Source of the DNA: Nitrospinota bacterium
GTDB taxonomy: Bacteria > UBA8248
Direction of reading: 5' to 3'
Length of the DNA: 15,780 bases
Assembly: GCA_030754595.1 (NCBI GenBank)
Contig: JASLZZ010000002.1
Span: 1 to 15,780, forward strand
The translations under genes and the position numbers were made by a program. The notes beneath the pieces were generated by a model that made no database searches, was not told where the DNA came from, and was given only the letters and a program-made list of their open reading frames with translations. Position 1 is the stretch's first letter. Each line of letters opens with the position of its first letter. Positions 1-7,546 of this stretch are shown here, in pieces.

Positions 1-387
1 TCCCTGTTCTGCACTCTTTCGGTACCACTTGACCGCAAGTTTGAAATCTTTTGGGACACCAAGTCCTTTTTCATACATAAAACCCAGATTGTACTGCGCG
101 TATGCGTCTCCCTGTTCCGCACTTTTTCGGAACCACTTGACCGCAAGTTTGTTATCTTTTGGAACACCAAGTCCTTCACGATACATCACACCCAGATTGT
201 ATTGCGCAACTGCGTGTCCCTGTTCCGCAAGAGGTCTAAACTCTTTCAACGCAGTCGCATAGTCACCCCGTCTTGCCGCATCCAATCCTTCCTGAAACCC
301 ACCCTCCGCACTCTGAGACGCACTGAGAAACAGTGCGACAACCACAACAACCAATCCAAGTTTTTTGAGAAGGGATTTGTTCATCAT
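1..387 (-). CDS. Sel1-repeat (SLR/TPR-like) protein with N-terminal signal peptide, runs off the window edge
   Basis: Not in the ORF track. Manual translation from ATG at 387 gives MMNKSLLKKLGLVVVVVALFLSASQSAEGGFQEGLDAARRGDYATALKEFRPLAEQGHAVAQYNLGVMYREGLGVPKDNKLAVKWFRKSAEQGDAYAQYNLGFMYEKGLGVPKDFKLAVKWYRKSAEQG. This has 36-aa (108-nt) AQYNLG..Y..G.GVPKD...A.KW...AEQG repeats, and AGGGGG lies upstream. Confidence 0.95.
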   Translation of the reverse strand, partial: MMNKSLLKKLGLVVVVVALFLSASQSAEGGFQEGLDAARRGDYATALKEFRPLAEQGHAVAQYNLGVMYREGLGVPKDNKLAVKWFRKSAEQGDAYAQYNLGFMYEKGLGVPKDFKLAVKWYRKSAEQG

Positions 388-511
388 TTCAAAACCCCCT
401 TTTTGCGAGGATGTTGAGGGAAGGATGAGAGAAACATTGGAACCAGAATGGAATTACACCAGAATGAGACAATAAAATCTACTATCTGACGGGAGAAATG
501 TCGGAAGGTCC

Positions 512-757
512 ATGTCTCCACAGGGAATGGTTTCCAACCTATTTCGGACCCCTCCTAATCCCCACGGAGAAGTAGGAAGAAACGACCACACAATAAAGAA
601 GGAGAAAAAATGTATTTCAATGTGGTTGGATAGGGATTTAGTGGATACTATCGACAGACACAAAATCGACCGGCGATTTCCTACCAGAAAATACCTGATT
701 GAAAATGTGTTGTGGACCTACATGAACCACGTTGAGATTGAGGAAGGGAGTGTTTAG
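512..757 (+). CDS. small hypothetical protein, possible ribbon-helix-helix (CopG-like) DNA-binding protein
   Basis: GGAAGG upstream of the ATG. The segment KKCISMWLDRDLVDTIDRHKIDRRFPTRKYLIENVLWTYM has the strand-helix-helix spacing of RHH proteins (pattern recognition only). Confidence 0.45.
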   Translation: MSPQGMVSNLFRTPPNPHGEVGRNDHTIKKEKKCISMWLDRDLVDTIDRHKIDRRFPTRKYLIENVLWTYMNHVEIEEGSV

Positions 758-794
758 ATGAAGTTGCACCGATGCACCAGAAGGTCTAAGGAGA

Positions 795-882
795 ACTCGC
801 GTAAAACAAAAAATGTTCGTGGAATAGACCCAATACTGACAACATCCATCAATCACTAAACTCGCGTAGTTACTCGCGTAGT
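795..882. repeat. direct repeats ACTCGCGTA(GT), putative integrase arm-type sites next to the tRNA-Lys 3' end
   Basis: ACTCGCGTA at 795-803; ACTCGCGTAGT at 860-870 and 872-882 (12-bp period). Confidence 0.55.
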
Positions 883-911
883 CAAAAATAATAACGACCC
901 GTAAATACTTA

Positions 912-924
912 CAAGTCATTGATT
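912..924 (-). promoter_or_regulatory. IHF-like binding site
   Basis: Minus strand AATCAATGACTTG matches the IHF consensus WATCAANNNNTTR, just 3' of the tRNA-Lys CCA. Confidence 0.6.
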
Positions 925-928
925 TTAT

Positions 929-1004
<76 letters not shown>

Positions 1005-1076
1005 ACGGAAAAAGTGACATGAGAGATACTTGGCGGAGGCTATTAAGTCAAGCCTTTACGGGGTCGGGAGAGCTGC

Positions 1077-1105
1077 TTGACGGGGGCGGGCGGCCTGTGT
1101 TCAAT
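1077..1105 (+). promoter_or_regulatory. putative sigma70 promoter of tRNA-Thr
   Basis: TTGACG-17 nt-TTCAAT followed by a GC-rich discriminator-like ACCCCCGCC. A divergent TTGACT (1046-1051, minus strand) faces tRNA-Lys. Confidence 0.5.
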
Positions 1106-1143
1106 ACCCCCGCCGCCAGCGAGGCCCGACCCCGCTGGCCCAG

Positions 1144-1219
1144 GCCGACGTAGCTCAGGTGGTAGAGCGGCTGATTCGTAATCAGCAGGTCAGGAGTTCA
1201 GGTCTCCTCGTCGGCTCCA
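1144..1219 (+). tRNA. tRNA-Thr(CGU)
   Basis: GCCGACGTAGCTCAGGTGGTAGAGCGGCTGATTCGTAATCAGCAGGTCAGGAGTTCAGGTCTCCTCGTCGGCTCCA: 76-nt cloverleaf, anticodon arm GCTGA-TT-CGT-AA-TCAGC, encoded CCA. The T-loop has G at position 58. Confidence 0.95.
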
Positions 1220-1223
1220 ATAA

Positions 1224-1236
1224 AATCAATGATTTG
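1224..1236 (+). promoter_or_regulatory. IHF-like binding site
   Basis: AATCAATGATTTG matches WATCAANNNNTTR, just 3' of the tRNA-Thr CCA. Confidence 0.6.
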
Positions 1237-1266
1237 TGTATATGCAGTTTTTTTAACTATCCTAAA

Positions 1267-1285
1267 TTGTCCGAGTTTTGTCCGA
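1267..1285 (+). repeat. direct repeat TTGTCCGA x2, putative arm-type sites
   Basis: TTGTCCGA at 1267-1274 and 1278-1285 (11-bp period), 48 bp from the tRNA-Thr 3' end. Confidence 0.45.
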
Positions 1286-1422
1286 AAAGTAGTTTTTTAC
1301 GGTAATTCACTTGTAGAAATGTAAGGTCAATTGCGATTATTCAATCATCCATATCTTCAATTTTGCGAATGATGTTGGGGTCCGACCCTTCCCTGCGGAT
1401 GAAATTTATCAGTTCGCGTATT

Positions 1423-1671
1423 ATGTCACCCGGAAAACGCGAGCGCCGCAGACGTCTTGAGGCCTTCAAAGGTAATGGAGGACCGATCTTGGGGCTTTTA
1501 GAGGAGATATCCATTGGTATGACTCTTCAAAAGGCCACTCGAAAACTGAATTTGCCCTACAACGAAGTTCGGTCTTTTCTTTTGACAAGTTCGGAGTGGT
1601 CAGCAGACTACAAGCAGGCTCTTTGGACCTGGCAATTGCGAAGGCTTCTTTTGATGTGCGAACAGATTTAA
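1423..1671 (+). CDS. hypothetical HTH protein resembling the N-terminal domain of phage terminase small subunits
   Basis: Within track ORF 1363..1671; ATG at 1423 chosen, start uncertain. ILGLLEEISIGMTLQKATRKLNLPYNEVRSFLLTSSEWSADYKQA follows the I...I..G.SL.K.C....P....V..WL.....F...Y..A pattern of Sf6 gp1-like TerS domains, judged by eye. Confidence 0.4.
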   Translation: MSPGKRERRRRLEAFKGNGGPILGLLEEISIGMTLQKATRKLNLPYNEVRSFLLTSSEWSADYKQALWTWQLRRLLLMCEQI

Positions 1672-1780
1672 ATTGCGCTCTCAGGCGAGGACCACCCAAG
1701 AGATGGGAATAAAAACGCACAACAGAGATCAGGTTTCCGGTGCCCACGTGGGCTCTCATCTCGCCTGCCTCGCCGATCTC

Positions 1781-2041
1781 ATGAGCGACCCATGCGTGAT
1801 GTCTGAAATTCCCCCTTCCCCCGCCTCATCACCCGAGGGCCTTCTTCCCTGTGTTCTCACGGTCGATGAGTTGGCGTCGCTTCTGCGGGTCAACAGGGAC
1901 ACCGCATACAAGGCCATCGCTGACGGCCAGATTCCTGGCACCCGAAAAATCGGGCGCAATATCCGGATTAGCCGGGATGCCGTGATAGAATGGCTCAGAG
2001 GAAAAGACCACGTCCCGCGCTCTGAGAGGAGCACGCTATGA
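1781..2041 (+). CDS. excisionase-family helix-turn-helix DNA-binding protein
   Basis: VLTVDELASLLRVNRDTAYKAIADGQIPGTRKIGRNIRISRDAVIEWL is a typical Xis/HTH_17 motif. Its stop overlaps the integrase start (ATGA, 2038-2041). Start could be 1781 or 1799; the track gives 1673. Confidence 0.88.
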   Translation: MSDPCVMSEIPPSPASSPEGLLPCVLTVDELASLLRVNRDTAYKAIADGQIPGTRKIGRNIRISRDAVIEWLRGKDHVPRSERSTL

Positions 2042-3177
2042 GCGTGAGACGTAGGGACTACCGTGACCCGGCAACGGGCCGGACTAGCGCGGTATGGATG
2101 ATAGATGTCGTCTTCACACACCCGGACGGCAGGAGGCAGCGCGTCAGGAAGAAATCCCCCGTTCAGACAAAGCGGGGGGCCGAGGAGTACGAGAGAAGCG
2201 TTCGGCAGGCGCTACTGTCCGGCCAGTACAGGAGAAAGTAGGAGATTGATAAGGAGTGCCCCAGATTCGATCGATTCGCGGATGAGTTCCTCAATACCTA
2301 TGCCGTGGCGAACAATAAGCCAAGCGAGGTCTCGGCCAAGCGGGTGAACCTCAAAAATCATCTCGTTCCGGTCTTCGGAAAAAAGAGGCTGGATAAGATC
2401 AGCGCCCGCGACGTAGAGGCCTACAAGGCCGCCAAGCTTCGGCAGGGACTCGCCCCGAAGACGGTCAATAACCAGCTAGCAGTGCTGGGGCGGATGCTCA
2501 GGATCGCAAGGCGGTGGGAGCTACTGGATAAGGTCCCCGAAATCGTCTTGCTCCCTCTTCCCCCGCAAGAGTTTGATTTTCTGGATTTCGGGGAGGCAGA
2601 GCGCCTCATTGCTGGAGCCCGTTCCAGGTGGAGGTCGATGATCACCTTGGCCCTCCGGACGGGATTAAGACCCGGGGAGCTTCGGGCACTCCGTTGGGAG
2701 GATGTAGACCTCGTGACAGGTCGCCTGGTGGTGCGGATGGCAGCATGGAGGAATGAAATTGGGACACCGAAGAGCGGGCGCTCACGCGAAGTCCCTCTTT
2801 CAGAGCAGGCGCTCCTAACTCTTAAAAAACATCGTCACCTGCGCGGGGATTTCGTTTTTTGCACAGAGGATGGAAAGATGCTCACCATCTCGTCCTGTAA
2901 GTGGCCAATTTGGCAGGCAAGCAAGCGAGCGGGTCTGAGGCGAGTGGGGTGGCACGTTCTCCGGCACTCCTTCGCGTCACATCTCGTGGTTCGAGGAGCA
3001 TCAATTAAAGCCGTACAGGAGCTTCTTGAGCATGCGGACATAAAGATGACGATGCGATATGCGCACCTGAGCCCCGATGCAAGACGCGATGCCGTCAGGC
3101 TTCTCGATGATCACGGCACTATAGCGGCACTTCCCCCATTGGAGGGGGAGGAGGCGCCGCAAGTAGTTGAAAAATAG
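2038..3177 (+). pseudogene. tyrosine recombinase/phage integrase (379 codons) interrupted by one in-frame TAG at 2239-2241
   Basis: Track ORFs 2038..2241 and 2305..3177 are in the same frame and read GQYRRK*EIDKECPRFDRFADEFLNTYAVANNKPSEV across the junction. Catalytic motifs are TGLRPGEL, TPKSG, HVLRH, LLEH and RYAH. Confidence 0.9.
3114..3172. repeat. att-like motifs at the ssrA end: CGGCACT direct repeat plus IHF-like site
   Basis: CGGCACT at 3114-3120 and 3125-3131 (11-bp period). Minus-strand TTTCAACTACTTG at 3160-3172 has one mismatch to WATCAANNNNTTR. Confidence 0.5.
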
Positions 3178-3186
3178 ATGATTAAA

Positions 3187-3547
3187 TGGTGGAGGCGGCG
3201 GGAATCGAACCCGCGTCCGAAAGGCTTCCGTCCTGAGCGTCTACGCGTGTGTCCGGCGGTTTGAGGTTCGCCCGGGCTCGCGCCCGCCGGCGGGCTCTCT
3301 TCCGGGCTAGTCCGGTTAAATTTCGCTGGCGTCTCCTACGGACCGAAGAAGCCGTCAGCTAGTCCGCTTCATGGCGTCCCGGCCCCCTCCCGCGGACAAG
3401 GAGAAGCGGGACGCTCGCTAGCTGTTAAGCAGCGAGAGCCAGCTCAGTGTCGGCTGGTGTGTTTTGCCACATTGTTAACGGGGCCAAGTGGCGTCCCCGA
3501 CGCGCAGCTCAGTCGTCATGTCCTCCCGTCGAAACCGGATCGCCCCC
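3187..3547 (-). ncRNA. ssrA: tmRNA (one-piece), tag reading frame ADTELALAA*
   Basis: The 5' end GGGGGCGATCCGGTTTCGAC pairs with 3' CGCCTCC-ACCA and includes G3.U. The T-arm is GCGGGTTCGATTCCCGC. Tag ORF GCC GAC ACT GAG CTG GCT CTC GCT GCT TAA at 3454-3425. Lies directly downstream of smpB. Confidence 0.97.
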
Positions 3548-3630
3548 TAGTCTCGTAAGCCCGCTCCGGCAGGGCGATCATCTCCGCCGGAGGGGATATT
3601 CATTGTCTGTCCGCCGTCGGCCGAGCCGCT

Positions 3631-4095
3631 TCAGCCCCTGTTCCGGTTGCTGAGTTCGCGCGCGACCTCGCGGTTGACGGCGCGCTCTTTCAGCTCCTGG
3701 CGCCGGTCGCCGTGCCTCTTGCCGCGGCCCAGACCGAGCTCGAGCTTCGCCCGGCCCCGATTGAAGTACATCTTCATCGGTACGAGGGTGAGCCCCTTCT
3801 CTTGCGTCTTACCGAAGAGCCGGTTGATTTCGTACTTGTGGAGGAGAAGCTTTCGACGGCGGGTGGGCTCGTGGTTGTTGACGTTCCCGTGGGTGTAGGG
3901 GCTGATGTGGCAGCCGACGAGCCAGACCTCTCCGCCCACGACGTCGCCGTAGCTCTCCTTGAGGTTCGCCCTCCCCTCGCGGAGAGATTTCACCTCGGTT
4001 CCCGTCAGGGCGATTCCCGCCTCGAATGTCTCTTCGATGGTGTAGTCGGCGCGCGCGCGGCGGTTGTCGGCAATAATCTTGATTCCGCCCGCCAT
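3631..4095 (-). CDS. smpB: SsrA-binding protein SmpB
   Basis: NRRARADY, EAGIALTGTEVKSLR, RKLLLHK, GLTLVP and GRGKR motifs; GAGGGAGG SD upstream. Confidence 0.99.
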   Translation of the reverse strand: MAGGIKIIADNRRARADYTIEETFEAGIALTGTEVKSLREGRANLKESYGDVVGGEVWLVGCHISPYTHGNVNNHEPTRRRKLLLHKYEINRLFGKTQEKGLTLVPMKMYFNRGRAKLELGLGRGKRHGDRRQELKERAVNREVARELSNRNRG

Positions 4096-4110
4096 AACCG
4101 GCCCTCCCTC

Positions 4111-4167
4111 TACTCAAATTCGAATACTTACTCAATTTCGAATACTCGATTTCATTCTCGATTTCGA
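4111..4167. repeat. four imperfect tandem copies of (TA)CTCRAWTTC(GAA) upstream of smpB
   Basis: TACTCAAATTCGAA 4111-4124, TACTCAATTTCGAA 4129-4142, TACTCGATTTC 4143-4153, TCTCGATTTCGA 4156-4167. Confidence 0.7.
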
Positions 4168-4371
4168 GCCGTCAAAAATCCGCCCGCCTCCAAACAGTAT
4201 CGGCCCGAAGCGAGAATTTCCAAACCCCGTCCAACCCAATGCGGACTAACGCAAACGAGGGAGACCGGCGCACCGGCTCCCTCGTCTCTGTCGAAAGGGA
4301 ATATAGGACATTCGCCCAAAATTCGCCACTGGCATTTTAGACCGATACCGCCCCCCTCAGATCCTCGAAGC

Positions 4372-6717
4372 CTACCGCCGCCTGCCGCCCTTTTTTCGGG
4401 CGGGCTTTTTCCGGGTGGAACCGCCCCGGCTGGGCCTGGATTTCCGGGCGGGCACACCTCGGGTAGAGTCGCCCCGGGTGGAGCCACTCCGGGCTGTGCG
4501 TTGAGGGCGCTTCCGGCCGGCCGTCCGGGCACTCCGGCGGGCGGCCGTGGCTCCCGATGGAACTCCATGGCCGCCCCCGGCGAGGAGCTGGAACGTCACC
4601 TCGCGGCGGGCAAGGTCCGAGGCCGCGACGCGGATCGTCACCGGATCGCCCAGCCGAAGCCGCCGCCCCGTGCGTTCTCCCAGGACGGCATGCTCATCGG
4701 GAAGGTGAATATAGTAATCCTCCGTCATCGACTCGAGGGGGATCATCCCCTCGACGAAATTCTCCTCGAGTTCGACGAAGACGCCAAAACCCGTCACGCC
4801 TGAGACGTGCCCCGTCAATCGGTCGCCGATTCGGCCCCGCATCAGGAGGGCCTTGTGAAAATCCGCCATCTCGCGCTCGGCATATTGCGCCTGCCGCTCA
4901 CGCTCGGAAATATCCGCGCAAATCTCCACCATCCGCTTTCGATCCGGCTTCCTCCGGTCGCCGCGCATGAGCCGCTTGAGCCGGCGGTGGACGAGCAAGT
5001 CGGCATAGCGGCGAATCGGTGAGGTGAAATGGGTGTAGGGCTCAAAACCCAAGCCGAAGTGGGGGGCGGGGTCCGCCTCGTAGACAGCCAGCTTCATGCT
5101 CTTGAGCACGAGAAGATTCACATAGCGCTCGATGTCCTCCCCCGCCGCCGAGTCGATGACCGCCTGGAGCCCGATTCCGTGCATCAACTCATCGACAGGA
5201 GGAGTAGGAAGCCCCAGCCTCGAGAGCGCCCCCCGGACACCCTCGATGGACTCCTCGTCCGGGCCGGCATGGGTCCTGAAAACGGCGGCGCCCATCTCAT
5301 CCGACAGCCTCTCGGCCACAGCGCGGTTGGCCGCCAGCATGCACTCTTCGACCAGGCGGTGCGCCTCGTTCCGGGGGGCGCGGGTGATCGCGGTTGGGTT
5401 TCCTTTCTCGTCGATTTGGATAACCGGCTCGGGGAGATCGAAATCGAGACTCCCCTCCGCCACCCGGCGGGAGCGAAGCTGCCCGGCCAGGGCGGAAAGT
5501 TCCTTGAGCGGGGCGCGATGCGCCAGCGCGCTTTCGTACTCCTCCCGCTCGGGGATTTCGGCGCCCTCCAGAACCGCTCCGGCGCCGGCATAGGTAAGCG
5601 AAACCCGGGAGCGGATCCGCGCCACGGTCAGACGAAAGCCCACCCGGCGGCCCTTGGAGTCAAAATCGAGGGACGCCGAGAGGGTCCGCCGCACCACCCC
5701 TTCTCCGAGGGAGCAAACATCGCCCGAAAGGAGGGGCGGGAGCATGGGCAGCGCGCGATCCGGTAAGTAGACGCTGTTTCCGCGCCGGGCGGCTTCCTCA
5801 TCGATCTCCGAACCCGCGCGGACATAGTGGCTCACGTCGGCGATATGAACGCCGAGGCGGCGGCGTCCGCCCGGCAGGGTTTCGATGGATATCGCATCGT
5901 CGCGATCCCGCGCGGTGCGCGGGTCGATGGTGAAGGCCTCGAGATCGCGCAAATCCGCCACCCCGCGGGGGAGGGGCTCATCCTCCGTGGGCGGCCGGAG
6001 CCCTTCGGCCTCTTTCAGAACCTTGGCCGGAAAGGCGTCGCGCAAAACCCACTTCGCGATGATCATCTCCTGTTCGACCGCCGGGTCGTCCGGATAGCCG
6101 AACGAACGGACGATTTCGCCGCGCGCCTCCTCCCGGGGGCCGGGGTAGCTTTCGATCTCGGCTTCGACCCACTCCCCGTTTCGCGCGCCCCCCCGCTTCG
6201 AGGCGGCGATGAGAATGTTGTGGCCGATGCGCTTGTCCTGCGGCTCGATCCAGGCCCTCCGCCGGTCGGTGACGAAACGGCCAACAAGGGTTTTGTGCGC
6301 GCGCTCGATGATATCGACAATATTTCCCTCGCGGCGGCCGTCTCGCCCGGTACGCTCCACCCGGGCGGCCACCCGGTCCCCGTCCATGGCCCCCCTTGTG
6401 CGCCCCCGCTTGATGAGAATATCGGTCCCGCTTTGCGCGCCTCCCTCCTCGCCATCGACGGCGACAAAGCCGTAGCCATCCCGGTGGCCCCGGAATTTTC
6501 CCCGGTGGATGGAAAGGCTCTTTGGGAGAGCGTAGCGCGAGCGCACGCGCACGAGAACACCATCGGCCGAGAGAGCGCGCACCCGCTTGCGGAAGGCGGG
6601 CCGCGCATCGGAGGGCACGCTCAAAGAGCGGATCATCTCGCGCACGGCCATCGCTCGGTCCTCTTTGGCGAGAAGGCCGAGAATTGCGCTGTCCGGGGAT
6701 TCGGGTTCGTCGCTCAC
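4372..6717 (-). CDS. rnr: ribonuclease R
   Basis: Cold-shock domains (GHRDGYGFV), RNB domain (FTIDPRTARDRDDAIS, HIADVS, HFTSPIRRYADLLVHR), S1 domain and a basic C-terminal tail. Start placed at GTG 6717, 1 nt after the upstream stop; the track's extension to 6981 overlaps the upstream gene. Confidence 0.97.
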   Translation of the reverse strand: MSDEPESPDSAILGLLAKEDRAMAVREMIRSLSVPSDARPAFRKRVRALSADGVLVRVRSRYALPKSLSIHRGKFRGHRDGYGFVAVDGEEGGAQSGTDILIKRGRTRGAMDGDRVAARVERTGRDGRREGNIVDIIERAHKTLVGRFVTDRRRAWIEPQDKRIGHNILIAASKRGGARNGEWVEAEIESYPGPREEARGEIVRSFGYPDDPAVEQEMIIAKWVLRDAFPAKVLKEAEGLRPPTEDEPLPRGVADLRDLEAFTIDPRTARDRDDAISIETLPGGRRRLGVHIADVSHYVRAGSEIDEEAARRGNSVYLPDRALPMLPPLLSGDVCSLGEGVVRRTLSASLDFDSKGRRVGFRLTVARIRSRVSLTYAGAGAVLEGAEIPEREEYESALAHRAPLKELSALAGQLRSRRVAEGSLDFDLPEPVIQIDEKGNPTAITRAPRNEAHRLVEECMLAANRAVAERLSDEMGAAVFRTHAGPDEESIEGVRGALSRLGLPTPPVDELMHGIGLQAVIDSAAGEDIERYVNLLVLKSMKLAVYEADPAPHFGLGFEPYTHFTSPIRRYADLLVHRRLKRLMRGDRRKPDRKRMVEICADISERERQAQYAEREMADFHKALLMRGRIGDRLTGHVSGVTGFGVFVELEENFVEGMIPLESMTEDYYIHLPDEHAVLGERTGRRLRLGDPVTIRVAASDLARREVTFQLLAGGGHGVPSGATAARRSARTAGRKRPQRTARSGSTRGDSTRGVPARKSRPSRGGSTRKKPARKKGGRRR

Positions 6718-6718
6718 T

Positions 6719-7423
6719 TTACGAATACCATGAGGCGGGGCCTTTGGAGGACCACCCCTCCAGATCGCTCGAGTGAATCTGATAGGTGTTGACGATCCGG
6801 GTGTCCTCGAGCTGGACGCAGGTGAGCCATCCGCCGAAGGCGGCGCCAGTGTCGATCCCGAGAAAACGGGGGAGTTTGTCCAAAATCTCCGGCATCGGAG
6901 TGTGGCCGAAAATGACGGGCTTCCCGAAATCGGCGAATGAATTGAAAAAATCCTCTCGCATCCAAAGCATGTCTTTTTCAATCTGCTCGTCCATCGGAAC
7001 CCCGGGGCGCAAGCCCGCGTGGACGAAAATAAATCCGCCCGCCTCGTGTAAATGGCCCAGTCCCTCGAAAAAAGCCATATGGAGCGGCGGAACCTTGGGC
7101 GGACCCACCCTCGGGTCGATGCCGTAGCTGTGGAGGGTCTCGATCCCCCCGTTCATCGTGAAGATGCCCCGGGGGTAGTTTCCCTCCTCCTTGATGTAAT
7201 CGAGAAACATGTCTTCGTGATTTCCGCGCAGGCAGGTCGTATTCGGGTAGGAGAGTTTGAACTCCAGGACCGCTTCGACGACCCCGCGCGAATCGGGCCC
7301 CCGGTCGATATAGTCCCCGATGAATACGATCTCGTCGTCTTTTTTGAACGGAACCTTCTCGACCAGCATGTCCAGCATCCCGCGCTGGCCGTGAATGTCG
7401 CCGATGGCGTAAAGATTTGGCAT
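6719..7423 (-). CDS. PPP-family metallophosphoesterase (PrpA/ApaH-like Ser/Thr phosphatase or dinucleoside polyphosphate hydrolase)
   Basis: GDIHG, GDYIDRG, GNHE, FVHAG, FGHTP and IDTG motifs. Confidence 0.93.
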   Translation of the reverse strand: MPNLYAIGDIHGQRGMLDMLVEKVPFKKDDEIVFIGDYIDRGPDSRGVVEAVLEFKLSYPNTTCLRGNHEDMFLDYIKEEGNYPRGIFTMNGGIETLHSYGIDPRVGPPKVPPLHMAFFEGLGHLHEAGGFIFVHAGLRPGVPMDEQIEKDMLWMREDFFNSFADFGKPVIFGHTPMPEILDKLPRFLGIDTGAAFGGWLTCVQLEDTRIVNTYQIHSSDLEGWSSKGPASWYS

Positions 7424-7546
7424 AGGAAAGCTATACCCTCTAAGTTGATATCCGGGAACCGACCGATTAGCCCGCCCCGGATCGATTCGGATAAAACGCG
7501 CGGCAATTCTAGGGAGTCAACCCGGCAAAGTAAAACCGGGAGCGAA

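Larger units (their letters stand above)
1220..3186. mobile_element. small decayed integrative element (genomic island/prophage or satellite remnant) between the tRNA-Thr and tmRNA 3' ends
   Basis: Excisionase plus tyrosine integrase ending 9 nt from the ssrA 3' end, with att-like IHF and direct-repeat motifs at both ends and an AT-richer left part. The left boundary is uncertain because no duplicated att core was found. Confidence 0.75.

Noticed and set aside
1..230. 108-nt repeats as a possible CRISPR or non-coding array
   Set aside because: They are the coding Sel1 repeats; there is no repeat-spacer structure and no cas genes.
1699..1720. GAGATGGGAATAAAAACGC as a degenerate duplicate of the ssrA 3' end (second att core)
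   Set aside because: Only GGGAAT and a few scattered bases match, which is within chance.
6718..6981. 88-aa N-terminal extension of RNase R in the 869-aa track ORF
   Set aside because: It overlaps the phosphoesterase in another frame and reads as low-information sequence; GTG 6717 fits normal RNase R architecture.
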